NCBI GenBank assembly: GCA_019637155.1
Contig: JAHBWE010000017.1
Coordinates: 147,627 to 211,626 of the forward strand
DNA: 64,000 bases
Reading direction: 5' to 3'
Source: Labilithrix sp.
Lineage (GTDB): Bacteria > Myxococcota_A > Polyangia > Polyangiales > Polyangiaceae
Positions 46,070 through 54,935 of this stretch are shown here, piece after piece; the stretch's first letter is position 1; every line of letters starts with the position of its first letter. The notes under the pieces were generated by a model. The model saw nothing but the letters and a program-made list of their open reading frames with translations. It ran no database searches and was not told the origin of the DNA. The translations under genes and the position numbers were made by a program.

Positions 46070-46576
46070 TCACCGCGCGATCGGCTTCGTCATGGTGATC
46101 GCGGGCTGGTTCGACACGTACGCCGCCTCGACCGGCAGGATCGGGCGGTACCCGGCGCGCGCGAAGAGCGCCCGCGCCTCGTGGTTCGTCTCCGCGGTCA
46201 GGAGCGACATCGACACGGCGCGCCGCTCCCGCGCGTGCTCCTCCGCCGCGTCGAGCAACGCCCGCCCGACGCCGCGCCGCCGGAGATCGTCGCGCACCGC
46301 GATCGCGTCGACGTACCCGACGCTCGGATCCTCCCACGGCCCAAACGCGCGCCCCAGCGCCGTGACCCGCACGACGACGAACCCGAGCCGCCGCATCGTC
46401 CGCTCGTCCTCCGCCATCAGCACGCCGGCGTCGGCGCGAAGCATCCGCAGCGCGTGCGCCGCGGGGTTGCGCGCGTACGGCGCGAAGGCCTCCTCGCTCA
46501 GCGCCACGATGAAGCCGCGATCTGCGGCGCGAGCCTCCCGGACGATCGTGCGCAGCGGCGACAGGCGCGTCGACAT
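46070..46576 (-). CDS. GNAT family N-acetyltransferase
   Basis: VRDDLRRRGVGRALLDAAEEHA is the acetyl-CoA motif. I trimmed the start to the ATG at 46576. Confidence 0.75.
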   Translation of the reverse strand: MSTRLSPLRTIVREARAADRGFIVALSEEAFAPYARNPAAHALRMLRADAGVLMAEDERTMRRLGFVVVRVTALGRAFGPWEDPSVGYVDAIAVRDDLRRRGVGRALLDAAEEHARERRAVSMSLLTAETNHEARALFARAGYRPILPVEAAYVSNQPAITMTKPIAR

Positions 46577-46626
46577 GACCCAAGCAAAGCGCAGCTCGAG
46601 CGCGGGCGCGAGGTCTGCCGTGCGTG

Positions 46627-46980
46627 CTACGCGATGCCGAGGCCGCCGTCGACGCCGAGGACCTGGCCCGTCATCCACGTCGAGCGCGGATCGCCGAGCG
46701 CGACGAGCCAATGCGCGACCTCGTCGCTCGAGGCCATTCGGGGGATCGGGAGGCGCGCGATGCCGGGCGTCTCCGTCGGACCGGGCGCGACCGCGTTCAC
46801 GCGGATCCCGTGCGGCGCGAGCTCGAGCGCCCACGACCGCGTCAGCGCGAGGACCGCCGCCTTCGTCGCGGCGTAGACGGACTGGTCGCGCATCGCCTTG
46901 TACGCCGACGTGCTGGACACGTTGAGGATCGAGCCCCTGCTCTCCTGCCGGCGTGGGAGACCGAGCCGGTCGTGGTCCAC
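46627..46980 (-). pseudogene. 5'-truncated SDR-family oxidoreductase fragment (C-terminal half only)
   Basis: SILNVSSTSAYKAMRDQSVYAATKAAVLALTRSWALELAPHGIRVNAVAPGPTET carries the catalytic S...YxxxK and PG motifs, but no Rossmann TGxxxGxG half. The open frame upstream has no SDR features. Confidence 0.5.
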
Positions 46981-47041
46981 GCGCTCTACCGCGCCGCGCC
47001 GCGTACCTCGAGATGGAGCGGGGCTCCCGCGCCTGAACGAC

Positions 47042-47074
47042 GAAGCCCCCGCTGCGCGGGGCAGCGAGGGCTTC
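47042..47074 (-). terminator. GC-rich hairpin downstream of fusA (putative intrinsic terminator)
   Basis: On the minus strand: GAAGCCCTCGCTGC-CCCGC-GCAGCGGGGGCTTC, a stem of about 13 bp, followed by GTCGTTC (a weak U-tract), 25 nt after the fusA stop. Confidence 0.4.
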
Positions 47075-47098
47075 GGGGCGCGCGCGCCGTGGGCGCGG

Positions 47099-49228
47099 TT
47101 ACTTCTTCGCTTCGGCGGCGAGCTTGGCCTTGTAGGCCTTGATCATCTCGTCCTGCTCCTGGCGCGGGACGACGGAGTACTTCGCGAACTCCATCGTGAA
47201 CGTGCCCTTGCCCTGCGTGGCAGAGCGGAGGTCGGTCGAGTAGCCGAACATCGTCGTGAGCGGGACCTCGGCGACGACGTTGACGGTGTCGCCCGCGATC
47301 GTCTCGAGGATGACGCCGCGGCGCTGGTTGACCTGACCGACGACGGCGCCCTGGAACTCGGTCGGCGCGTCGATCTCGACCTTCATGATCGGCTCGAGGA
47401 TGGTCGCGCCGGCCTTGTCGTAGGCCTCGCGGAAGCCCATCATCGCGGCGGTCTTGAAGGCCATTTCGGAGGAGTCGACGGCGTGGCTCGCGCCGTCGTT
47501 CACGCAGCAGCGGATGCCGACGACGGGGAAGCCGATGAGGCCGCCCTTCTTGATCGCCTCCTTGAAGCCCTTGTCGCACGAGGGGATGTACTCGCGCGGG
47601 ATCGCGCCGCCGACGACGTCGTCGACGAACTCGTAGGTCTCGACCGCGTCCTGCGGGAGCGGCTCGATGTAGCCCATGACCTTCGCGTACTGACCCGAGC
47701 CGCCGGTCTGCTTCTTGTGCGTGTAGTTCATGTCCGCCTTGCGCGAGATCGACTCGCGGTAGGCGACCTGCGGCTTGCCGGCGATGACCTCGCAGTTGTA
47801 CTCGCGCTTCATGCGCTCGATGTAGATGTCGAGGTGGAGCTCGCCCATGCCCGAGATGATGGTCTGCTGGGACTCTTCATCTTGATGCACGCGGAAGGTG
47901 GGGTCCTCCTTCGTGAAGCGGTTCAGCGCCTTCGAGAAGTTCGTCTCCGCGCCGCGGTCCTTCGGCGCCACCGCGAGCGAGATGACGGCGGCCGGGACGT
48001 GCATCGAGGTCAGGGTGTAGTTGACCTTGCCGTCGGTGAACGTCTCGCCCGAGCTCGCCTCGACGCCGTAGAAGGCGACGATGTCGCCGGCCTCGGCGAC
48101 CTGGATCTCCTCGCGATCGTCCGAGTGCATGCGGAACATGCGCGGGACGCGGACCTTGCGGTTCTCGTTCGAGGTGTTGAAGATCGTGTCGCCGCTCGCG
48201 ACCTTGCCCGAGTAGACGCGGAAGTACGTGAGCTGGCCGTACTTGTCCTGCTGGAGCTTGAACGCGAGGCCGACGAACGGGCCGTTCGGATCGTTCTCGA
48301 GCGCGACCTTCTCCTCGTTCTTGTCCTGGTCGTGCGCCTCGTTTTTGACCTCGGTCGGGCTCGGGAGGTAGTGGAAGACGCCGTCGAGGAGGAGCTGCAC
48401 GCCCTTGTTCTTGAAGGCGGAGCCGCACATGACCGGCGTCATCTTGAGCGCGAGGGTCGCGCGGCGGATCGCGGCGCGGATGTCCTCCACCGAGATCGGC
48501 TCCTCGGCGAGGAACTTCTCGGCGAGCGTGTCGTCGACGTCGGCGACCTTCTCGATGACGTGCTGGCGGCGCGCGTCGGCGGCGTCCTTGTACTCGGCCG
48601 GGATGTCGACCTCCTTGATGATCTCGCCGTCGTTGCCCTCGAAGAAGAAGGCCTTCATCAGGATCGGGTCGATGATGCCCTTGAACTCGTGCTCGGCGCC
48701 CATCGGGAGCTGGATCATCACCGCGTGATGACCGAGCTTCTCGCGCAGCATGTCGGCGACCTTCTCGTAGTTGGCGCCGGGGTTGTCCATCTTGTTGACG
48801 AAGGCGATGCGCGGCACGTGGTACCGCTTCATCTGCTTGTCGACGGTGATCGACTGGCTCTGGACGCCCTTGCCCGAGTCGAGGACGAGGATCGCGCCGT
48901 CGAGGACGCGGAGCGCGCGCTCGACCTCGATCGTGAAGTCGACGTGGCCTGGCGTGTCGATGATGTTGATGTTGATCGGCTCGAGCTGCTTCTGCGAGCC
49001 GGTCCAGACGCAGTACGTGGCGGCGGACTGGATCGTGATGCCCTTCTCACGCTCGAGGTCCATCGAGTCCATCTTGGCGCCGACGCCGTCCTTGCCGCGG
49101 ACCTCGTGAATCTTGTGGATGCGGCCCGTGTAGAAGAGCACGCGCTCGGTCAGCGTCGTCTTGCCGGAGTCGATATGCGCCGAGATGCCGATGTTGCGGA
49201 TTCGTTCGAGGGGGATCTTAGCGGCCAC
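47099..49228 (-). CDS. fusA: Elongation factor G (standalone paralogue)
   Basis: GTG start. G1-G5 GTPase motifs: [18 protein letters not shown]. Domains II-V with the full EF-G signature. There are no rpsL/rpsG/tuf neighbours. Confidence 0.95.
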   Translation of the reverse strand: MAAKIPLERIRNIGISAHIDSGKTTLTERVLFYTGRIHKIHEVRGKDGVGAKMDSMDLEREKGITIQSAATYCVWTGSQKQLEPININIIDTPGHVDFTIEVERALRVLDGAILVLDSGKGVQSQSITVDKQMKRYHVPRIAFVNKMDNPGANYEKVADMLREKLGHHAVMIQLPMGAEHEFKGIIDPILMKAFFFEGNDGEIIKEVDIPAEYKDAADARRQHVIEKVADVDDTLAEKFLAEEPISVEDIRAAIRRATLALKMTPVMCGSAFKNKGVQLLLDGVFHYLPSPTEVKNEAHDQDKNEEKVALENDPNGPFVGLAFKLQQDKYGQLTYFRVYSGKVASGDTIFNTSNENRKVRVPRMFRMHSDDREEIQVAEAGDIVAFYGVEASSGETFTDGKVNYTLTSMHVPAAVISLAVAPKDRGAETNFSKALNRFTKEDPTFRVHQDEESQQTIISGMGELHLDIYIERMKREYNCEVIAGKPQVAYRESISRKADMNYTHKKQTGGSGQYAKVMGYIEPLPQDAVETYEFVDDVVGGAIPREYIPSCDKGFKEAIKKGGLIGFPVVGIRCCVNDGASHAVDSSEMAFKTAAMMGFREAYDKAGATILEPIMKVEIDAPTEFQGAVVGQVNQRRGVILETIAGDTVNVVAEVPLTTMFGYSTDLRSATQGKGTFTMEFAKYSVVPRQEQDEMIKAYKAKLAAEAKK

Positions 49229-49294
49229 GGAAATTCTCTCTGGTTTCGGTAGGAAGGCGTCCGGGGACCCGGAAGCGGGCGTCCTGTACCACCG

Positions 49295-49972
49295 CTAGGG
49301 CGCGGGCGGAGCGAAAATCACCGGGTAGACCACCACCACGACGCCGCCCTCCGGCTGCGGAAAGCTGAGGTTGGCGAAGCCGCGCAGCACGCACGACTGG
49401 ACCGCCTTGTCGGGGAGGTCGGTCACCGGATCGATCGTCGGGTTCGTCACCGCTCCGCTCCCGTCGATCGTGAGCTTCACCGCGATGCGCCCGGCGAGGT
49501 TGGGGTTCGAGCGGAGCCCGTTCTCGTAGCAGAGACGGAAGCGCCCGAAGTTCTGGCGCACGATGCGCTGGATGACCTCCGGCGGAAGCCGGCCCGTGAC
49601 CGTGACCGCGCCGTGGCGAAGCGTGGGCGCCTTCGTGTTCGATGGAACGGGGCCGCCCGAGCCGGTGCCGGGGATGCCGGGGTCGAGCGACGACGACGAC
49701 GATGAAGGCGCGGCTCCGCTCGACGAGTCGACGAAACCTCCCGGCGACGGCGGCGTGCAGAGCGGATCGCCGTGCGGGCACGGCAGCGCGCGCGGCTCGG
49801 CCGTCGGCTCGGGTGCGGGTGCGGGCGGCGGCGTTGACGGTGATGGTGCGGGCGATGGTGCGGGCGCGGGGGCGGGGGCGTTCGACGGCGGGACCACGAC
49901 GGCGGGCGGCGGCGGATCGCTCGCGCACGCGGCGAGGGCGGAGAGGAAGAAGGAGAGGCGCGGCGACGGCAT
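49295..49972 (-). CDS. Lipoprotein with AgmX/PglI C-terminal (TonB-C-like) domain
   Basis: Lipobox: LSFFLSALAAC. Pro/Ala/Ser-rich linker. LPPEVIQRIVRQNFGRFRLCYENGLRSNPNLAGRIAVKLTIDGSGAVTNP...VQSCVLRGF is about 70% identical to the domain in gene 1067..5857. I trimmed the start to the ATG at 49972. Confidence 0.75.
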   Translation of the reverse strand: MPSPRLSFFLSALAACASDPPPPAVVVPPSNAPAPAPAPSPAPSPSTPPPAPAPEPTAEPRALPCPHGDPLCTPPSPGGFVDSSSGAAPSSSSSSLDPGIPGTGSGGPVPSNTKAPTLRHGAVTVTGRLPPEVIQRIVRQNFGRFRLCYENGLRSNPNLAGRIAVKLTIDGSGAVTNPTIDPVTDLPDKAVQSCVLRGFANLSFPQPEGGVVVVVYPVIFAPPAP

Positions 49973-50138
49973 CGAGCGAGGGTAGAAACATCGAGATTTC
50001 CGGGCGATACCAAATCGTGTGGACAATGTCGCAGGGTGTGCGAAACCCCATGACGCCATGCGTCTTCTCCGCGTCCTTCCTCTACTTCTTCCGACCGCGC
50101 TCGCGGGCGCGAACCATCGCTTCTCCTTCTGAGGCCGC

Positions 50139-52205
50139 ATGCGCGTCGCGCTCGTCTACCCGCCGACCTGCGATCCGACCGCGCCGTACCTCGCGGTGCC
50201 GATGCTCACGGGGTTCCTCCGCGCCCACGGCGTGGAGGTGCTGCCGATCGACGCGAACATCGAGGCGTTCGATCGGCTCCTCGGCCCGGAGTCGCTCGGC
50301 GCGCTCCGCGATCGCCTCGAAGCGCGGCTCCGCGAGCTCGACGCCCGCCGCTCGCTCACGCACGTCGAGCAGCTCGAGTACGCCGCGCTCGTGCGCGCTC
50401 GCGGCGAAGCCCACGCCGTGCCCGACGGCATCGCGCGCGCGAAGGACACGCTCCGCGACGAAGCCCGCTTCCACGATCCCGACGCGTACGCCGCCGCGGT
50501 CGCGACGATCGACGCCGCGCTCCGCGTCGTCTCCGCCGTTCACCATCCGCTCCACCTCGACTTCACCGCGTACCGGACGCCGTTCGGGCTCACGACGATG
50601 GACGAGATCGCCCGCGCCGCGACGCCGGACGCCGATCCGTTCGACGACTACGTCACGAACGTCCTCGTTCCGCGCCTCGCGGCCGCGGAGGTGGGGCTCG
50701 TCGGGCTCTCGGTGTGCTTCCCGGGGCAGCTCCAGCCCGCCTACGCGTTCGCGCTCAAGATCAAGCGCGCGCTCCCCCACGTCCACGTCACGTGCGGCGG
50801 CCCCGGCGTCACGCAGATGCTCATCCGCCTCGAAGGCCGCCGCCTCGCGGGCGCGCTCGGCCCGTTCGACACGGCGTGCGTGTACGAAGGCGAGCACACG
50901 CTCCTCGCCCTCGTCCGCGCGCTGGAGCAGGACAAGCCGCTCCGCGAGTGCACGAACGTCGTCGTCCGCGATCGCCTGATGGGCGCGCGCTGGCTCGCCG
51001 GGCACGGCATGGAAGACCTGAAGGCGCTGCCGCCGCCGGACTTCGACGGCCTCCCGCTCGATCGCTACCTCTCGCCGCGCCTCGTCCTCCCCTACGACCC
51101 CACGCGCGGCTGCTATTGGGGCAAATGCACCTTTTGCCATTACGGCCTCGCCGAGATCGGGACTGCCGCTTATCGCGAGCGCGACGTCGCCGCGATTACC
51201 GATCATCTCCGCGCCCTCGCGACGAAACACGGCACGCGCCATTTCTATTTTTCGCAGGACTCCGTCGCGCCGAAGACGCTGATCAAGCTCGCGCAGGCGA
51301 TCGTCGACGCCGGCCTCGACGTCCGCTGGGCGACGGACCTGAAGCCGGAGAAGTACCTCACGCAGGAGCGCGCCGACGTCCTCCGCCGCGCCGGCGCGGT
51401 CGCGTGTGCGCTCGGCGTCGAGTCGGGCTCGCCGCGCGTGCTGAAGCTGATCGACAAGGGCGCCCCGATCGAGGTCGTCTCCGACGTGGTCGATCGCCTC
51501 GGCGCCGCCGGCATCGCGCCGGAGGCGATGTGCTTCACCGAGTTCCCGACCGAGACACACGAGGAGGCGCTCGACACGCTCGACTTCATCGACGAGCGGC
51601 GCGACCGCCTCGCGGTGTACATCGTCGGCGAGTTCGGCCTCACCCACGGCTCGCTCGTCGCGCAGGACCCGCGCCGCTTCGGCATCCGCGAGACGTGGGA
51701 GCTCGAGGGAGACCAGCTCGGCCTCGGCCTCTTCTTCGCGCCGGAGCATCCGTGGAAGACGGACGACGAGCGCGCCGACGTCGACGATCGGCTCGCCGAG
51801 CTCTCGTCCGGCTGGCTCCTCCGCGCGTATCCGTGGGCGGGAGCGGTGTCGACCGCGCACACGATCCTCTACTACGACCGCTTCGGCCCCACCGTCTTCC
51901 GCGACCTCGCCGCGCGCGGCGTGCGCGAGGAGGTCCTCGGCTCGAAGCGCCCGTTCGAGGCGAGCCTCCGCTTCGATCCGCGCGCCTGCGAGCGCGCGGA
52001 GCAACGCGACGGCGCGATCTGGGCGGAGCTCGTGAACGATCGCCGCGTCGTCGGTCGCGCGCCCTACGAGGAGCTCGCCGCGCGCGCGCCGGCGCTGCGT
52101 CCGAAGCCGCTGCGCCTCTTCTTCTCGTTCTCCGCCGACGGCGGCGCCCCGACCGTGGTCAAGGGGCGCCGCCCGTCCCACGCGGCGAACGCGACGGGGA
52201 CGTGA
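50139..52205 (+). CDS. B12-binding domain-containing radical SAM protein
   Basis: N-terminal cobalamin-binding fold: MRVALVYPPT...LTGFLRAHGVEVLPIDAN. Radical SAM cluster motif: RGCYWGKCTFCHY (Cx4Cx2C). C-terminal extension of about 150 aa. RBS GAGG 5 nt upstream. Confidence 0.85.
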   Translation: MRVALVYPPTCDPTAPYLAVPMLTGFLRAHGVEVLPIDANIEAFDRLLGPESLGALRDRLEARLRELDARRSLTHVEQLEYAALVRARGEAHAVPDGIARAKDTLRDEARFHDPDAYAAAVATIDAALRVVSAVHHPLHLDFTAYRTPFGLTTMDEIARAATPDADPFDDYVTNVLVPRLAAAEVGLVGLSVCFPGQLQPAYAFALKIKRALPHVHVTCGGPGVTQMLIRLEGRRLAGALGPFDTACVYEGEHTLLALVRALEQDKPLRECTNVVVRDRLMGARWLAGHGMEDLKALPPPDFDGLPLDRYLSPRLVLPYDPTRGCYWGKCTFCHYGLAEIGTAAYRERDVAAITDHLRALATKHGTRHFYFSQDSVAPKTLIKLAQAIVDAGLDVRWATDLKPEKYLTQERADVLRRAGAVACALGVESGSPRVLKLIDKGAPIEVVSDVVDRLGAAGIAPEAMCFTEFPTETHEEALDTLDFIDERRDRLAVYIVGEFGLTHGSLVAQDPRRFGIRETWELEGDQLGLGLFFAPEHPWKTDDERADVDDRLAELSSGWLLRAYPWAGAVSTAHTILYYDRFGPTVFRDLAARGVREEVLGSKRPFEASLRFDPRACERAEQRDGAIWAELVNDRRVVGRAPYEELAARAPALRPKPLRLFFSFSADGGAPTVVKGRRPSHAANATGT

Positions 52206-52217
52206 GCCTCAGCTCGC

Positions 52218-53123
52218 TCAGCTCGCGAGGACGAGCACGAGCACGAGGAGGAACGTGATCGCGGTGGAGCCGACGACCGCGATCAGCGTCGAGCGCCCGA
52301 TCGGCTGCGGCGGCGGCGGCTGGCGGACGGGGCGAGCGAGCGCCCAGACGAGCGCGCCGAGCGCGATGACGAGGAGGACCTTGTCGATCGGGAACGGCGG
52401 CGCGACGTGCCTCTCCGCCGCGATCCGCTCCGCCTCGACCGCCACGCCGCGCATCCAGAGATCGGTGCGAATCGCCCACTCGATCCGAAACGCGATGAAG
52501 TAGAGAACACCGGCGATCCCCAGCGTCCCCGCCAGCTGCCCCACCGTGCGCAGCCGGCTCCGCGATCCGAAATGCGCGCGGAACGCGTCGATCGCCGCCC
52601 GCGCCGACAGCACCGCCGCGACCGCATAAGCGATCAGCGCCGGGACCCACGCGAGCCAATGCACGCCGCGCGCCCCGAGCCACCGCGCGGTGCGGCCGGG
52701 ATCGTAGAGGTCGTGAAAGCCACCGTTGACGGCATATCCGAGTTGCCCGATGAGGAAGAAGAAGGCGACGAGCGCGAGGAGCAGCTTCGGCATCGGCGCG
52801 AGCCCGGGCCGGCGCCGGAGGTAGAGCCCCGCCGCGAGCCCCACCGCGCTCGTCACCGCGAGCCCGGCCCAATCGCAGAGGATGACCCGCTCGAACGTCC
52901 ATCGGTCGCAGATCACGCGGTGCACCTGCCCGTGCCCGAAGAACGTCAGCGCATACGCGTCAATCCCGCACCCGAGGACCACCGCGACGAGCGCGTGCCC
53001 GGCGAACTCGTGCAGCAGGAGCCCGACCGCGTGCATGGTAAATCCCCACGCGAAGAACAAAGCGATCGGCGCCACCCAACGCATCGACCACCCTCGCTCG
53101 CCGTTCGTCTTCTCCAACGCCAC
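52218..53123 (-). CDS. Polytopic membrane protein with HEFAGH (HExxxH) putative metal-binding motif
   Basis: Seven to eight TM helices. LLLHEFAGHALVAVVLG lies inside the first helices, reminiscent of intramembrane metalloproteases such as M50/S2P (HEFGH), but with one extra residue. Confidence 0.6.
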   Translation of the reverse strand: MALEKTNGERGWSMRWVAPIALFFAWGFTMHAVGLLLHEFAGHALVAVVLGCGIDAYALTFFGHGQVHRVICDRWTFERVILCDWAGLAVTSAVGLAAGLYLRRRPGLAPMPKLLLALVAFFFLIGQLGYAVNGGFHDLYDPGRTARWLGARGVHWLAWVPALIAYAVAAVLSARAAIDAFRAHFGSRSRLRTVGQLAGTLGIAGVLYFIAFRIEWAIRTDLWMRGVAVEAERIAAERHVAPPFPIDKVLLVIALGALVWALARPVRQPPPPQPIGRSTLIAVVGSTAITFLLVLVLVLAS

Positions 53124-53133
53124 GAGCGTACCG

Positions 53134-53736
53134 CTACATGTCGACGTACGAGGTGCGGTTCAGATCGTGAAACTGCATCCCGAAGTGATCGAGGAGCTCC
53201 TCGAACACCTTGAAGCCGTTCTTCGTGATGAACTGAAGCTCGTTCTCGTGAATCGGGACGAGCTGGAGGAACCACAGCCGCTTGTCCGCGACGTCGGCTT
53301 TGTAAAAGTCGCGCTGCCACAGATACGGATATACGACGAGCGCGTGGGGCATGCGGCTCGCGGGGGCGCCGAGCCCTGCGTGCGCGACCGCGTGCTGGTA
53401 CACGGTCCCGGGCTTCGGCAATTGGTTGCTCGTGACGACGCTGTCGGCGACGAACACCTGAATGCGCTCGAAGCTCCAGTCGTCCGTGCGGTACCCCTGA
53501 ATCAGCTCGATGCGGTCCGGGAAGTTGCTCGTCTCGAACGACTCGTGGGCGAGCCCATAAGACAGCGCGGTCCTGAACCCGGGCGACGGATACCCGTCGA
53601 CCCGCTGGATGCCGAGCTTTCGCGCCGGATCCCCCGGGAGGGGATGGTTGGCATACGTGATCGGAAAACGCCCTTTGACGGGCAGCTCGAGCTGGTCCGC
53701 CACTGCATCCATCTCTTGAGCCGTCAGTCGAGCCAT
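53134..53736 (-). CDS. Hypothetical cytoplasmic protein (possibly SUFU-like fold)
   Basis: 200-aa ORF with high GC3, 10 nt downstream of the membrane protein gene on the same strand. I have no confident family assignment. Confidence 0.5.
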   Translation of the reverse strand: MARLTAQEMDAVADQLELPVKGRFPITYANHPLPGDPARKLGIQRVDGYPSPGFRTALSYGLAHESFETSNFPDRIELIQGYRTDDWSFERIQVFVADSVVTSNQLPKPGTVYQHAVAHAGLGAPASRMPHALVVYPYLWQRDFYKADVADKRLWFLQLVPIHENELQFITKNGFKVFEELLDHFGMQFHDLNRTSYVDM

Positions 53737-53809
53737 CGATAGGTAAACCTCTGGTGCCGCATCCTAGCATTCGCCGGGCTGGCTTCCCTGGAAGACCGCC
53801 GTAGTCTCG

Positions 53810-54934
53810 GTGGCTGTGCGTGCGGTCGTGGTGGTGCTGATGATGACGGTTGGCTGTCGTGGGACGGCGCCGCCTCCACCTGCGCCTGCGAGCGAGGACG
53901 CTACGCCGGTCGCGACGGCGTCGTCGTCGCCCGAGGCTGTCGTGGTCGCTGATGCAGCGGCGGAGGAGACGCCGCTGCCTTCGCGGGCGCGGCTGCTCGC
54001 GCCGGCGCGTGGCACGGCGGTGCGGGGGTTCGTGGCGATGAGCGGCGGGGCCGGGGCGCACGTGGTGTACGCGGTGCCGGGGCCAGAAGAGGCGGCGGCG
54101 GAGCAGCCCGTCTTGGTGGCGTCGTTGACGAAGATGTGGGTCGCGGTCGCGGTGTTGCGGCTCGCCGCGCGGAAGGAGCTGTCGCTCGACGACGAGGTGC
54201 GCGCGCTGCTGCCCGCGCTCGCGAAGAAGGCCTGGGCCGACAGCACGGTGCGTGAGCTCTTGCACCACGTCTCGCGCGTTCCGGAATTCGACGATCGCGA
54301 CGGATTCTATTCCAAGTCCGACATCGACTTTACCGATCCCGCGCCCGTACTCGCCAAACACATCGGCGCCGGAACGGAGAAACGCGGGGTCTGGAAATAC
54401 CGCAATTCGGAGTTCGCGTTATTGGGCGCGATCTTGCAGGAGCGGCGGGCCAAGCCGGTCGCGAGCGTGCTGGAGGAGGAGGTATTTGCTCCCGCGACGA
54501 TGCGCCATGCCGGCGTCCTCGTGCGCGGCAAGCCGGCCGGTCTCGATCTCGGGCCGATGGGGAGGGTGCGGCCGCACAACTTCTTCACCGCCGGGAACGG
54601 GTACGCGAGCGCGAGCGACCTCCTCGCGTTCTTCGATGCGCTCGACGCCGGGACCTTGCTCGACGAGCCGTCGCGTGCGCTCTTGTTCGAGGCGGACGCG
54701 AAGAACAACCACGCCGCGGCGGGATGTTGGGCATTTCCGTTCGCCGGGGCGGAGGCAGGGCCGACGCTGCTCGTCGAACGTCCCGGCAGCTTCGGGAACG
54801 TCCGCCTCGAGACGCTCTACTTCCCTGCCCTTCATCGCGCGATCGTGCTCTGGTCGCAGGCGCCGGTCGACCTCGGGCGGCCCCGGACGAACGGGAGCAT
54901 CGCGGCGGCGCTGGCGCGGGCGGCGCTGGAGTGA
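53810..54934 (+). CDS. Serine hydrolase / beta-lactamase-family lipoprotein
   Basis: GTG start. Lipobox: VVVLMMTVGC. LVASLTKMW is the SxxK motif; YRNSEF resembles YxN. Confidence 0.8.
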   Translation: MAVRAVVVVLMMTVGCRGTAPPPPAPASEDATPVATASSSPEAVVVADAAAEETPLPSRARLLAPARGTAVRGFVAMSGGAGAHVVYAVPGPEEAAAEQPVLVASLTKMWVAVAVLRLAARKELSLDDEVRALLPALAKKAWADSTVRELLHHVSRVPEFDDRDGFYSKSDIDFTDPAPVLAKHIGAGTEKRGVWKYRNSEFALLGAILQERRAKPVASVLEEEVFAPATMRHAGVLVRGKPAGLDLGPMGRVRPHNFFTAGNGYASASDLLAFFDALDAGTLLDEPSRALLFEADAKNNHAAAGCWAFPFAGAEAGPTLLVERPGSFGNVRLETLYFPALHRAIVLWSQAPVDLGRPRTNGSIAAALARAALE

Positions 54935-54935
54935 G

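Noticed and set aside
52218-53123. Calling the HEFAGH membrane protein a site-2 protease outright
   Set aside because: Canonical M50 has HExxH (HEFGH). The extra residue here makes catalytic assignment unsafe, and no downstream LDG-like motif is visible. I kept it as a putative metal-binding membrane protein.
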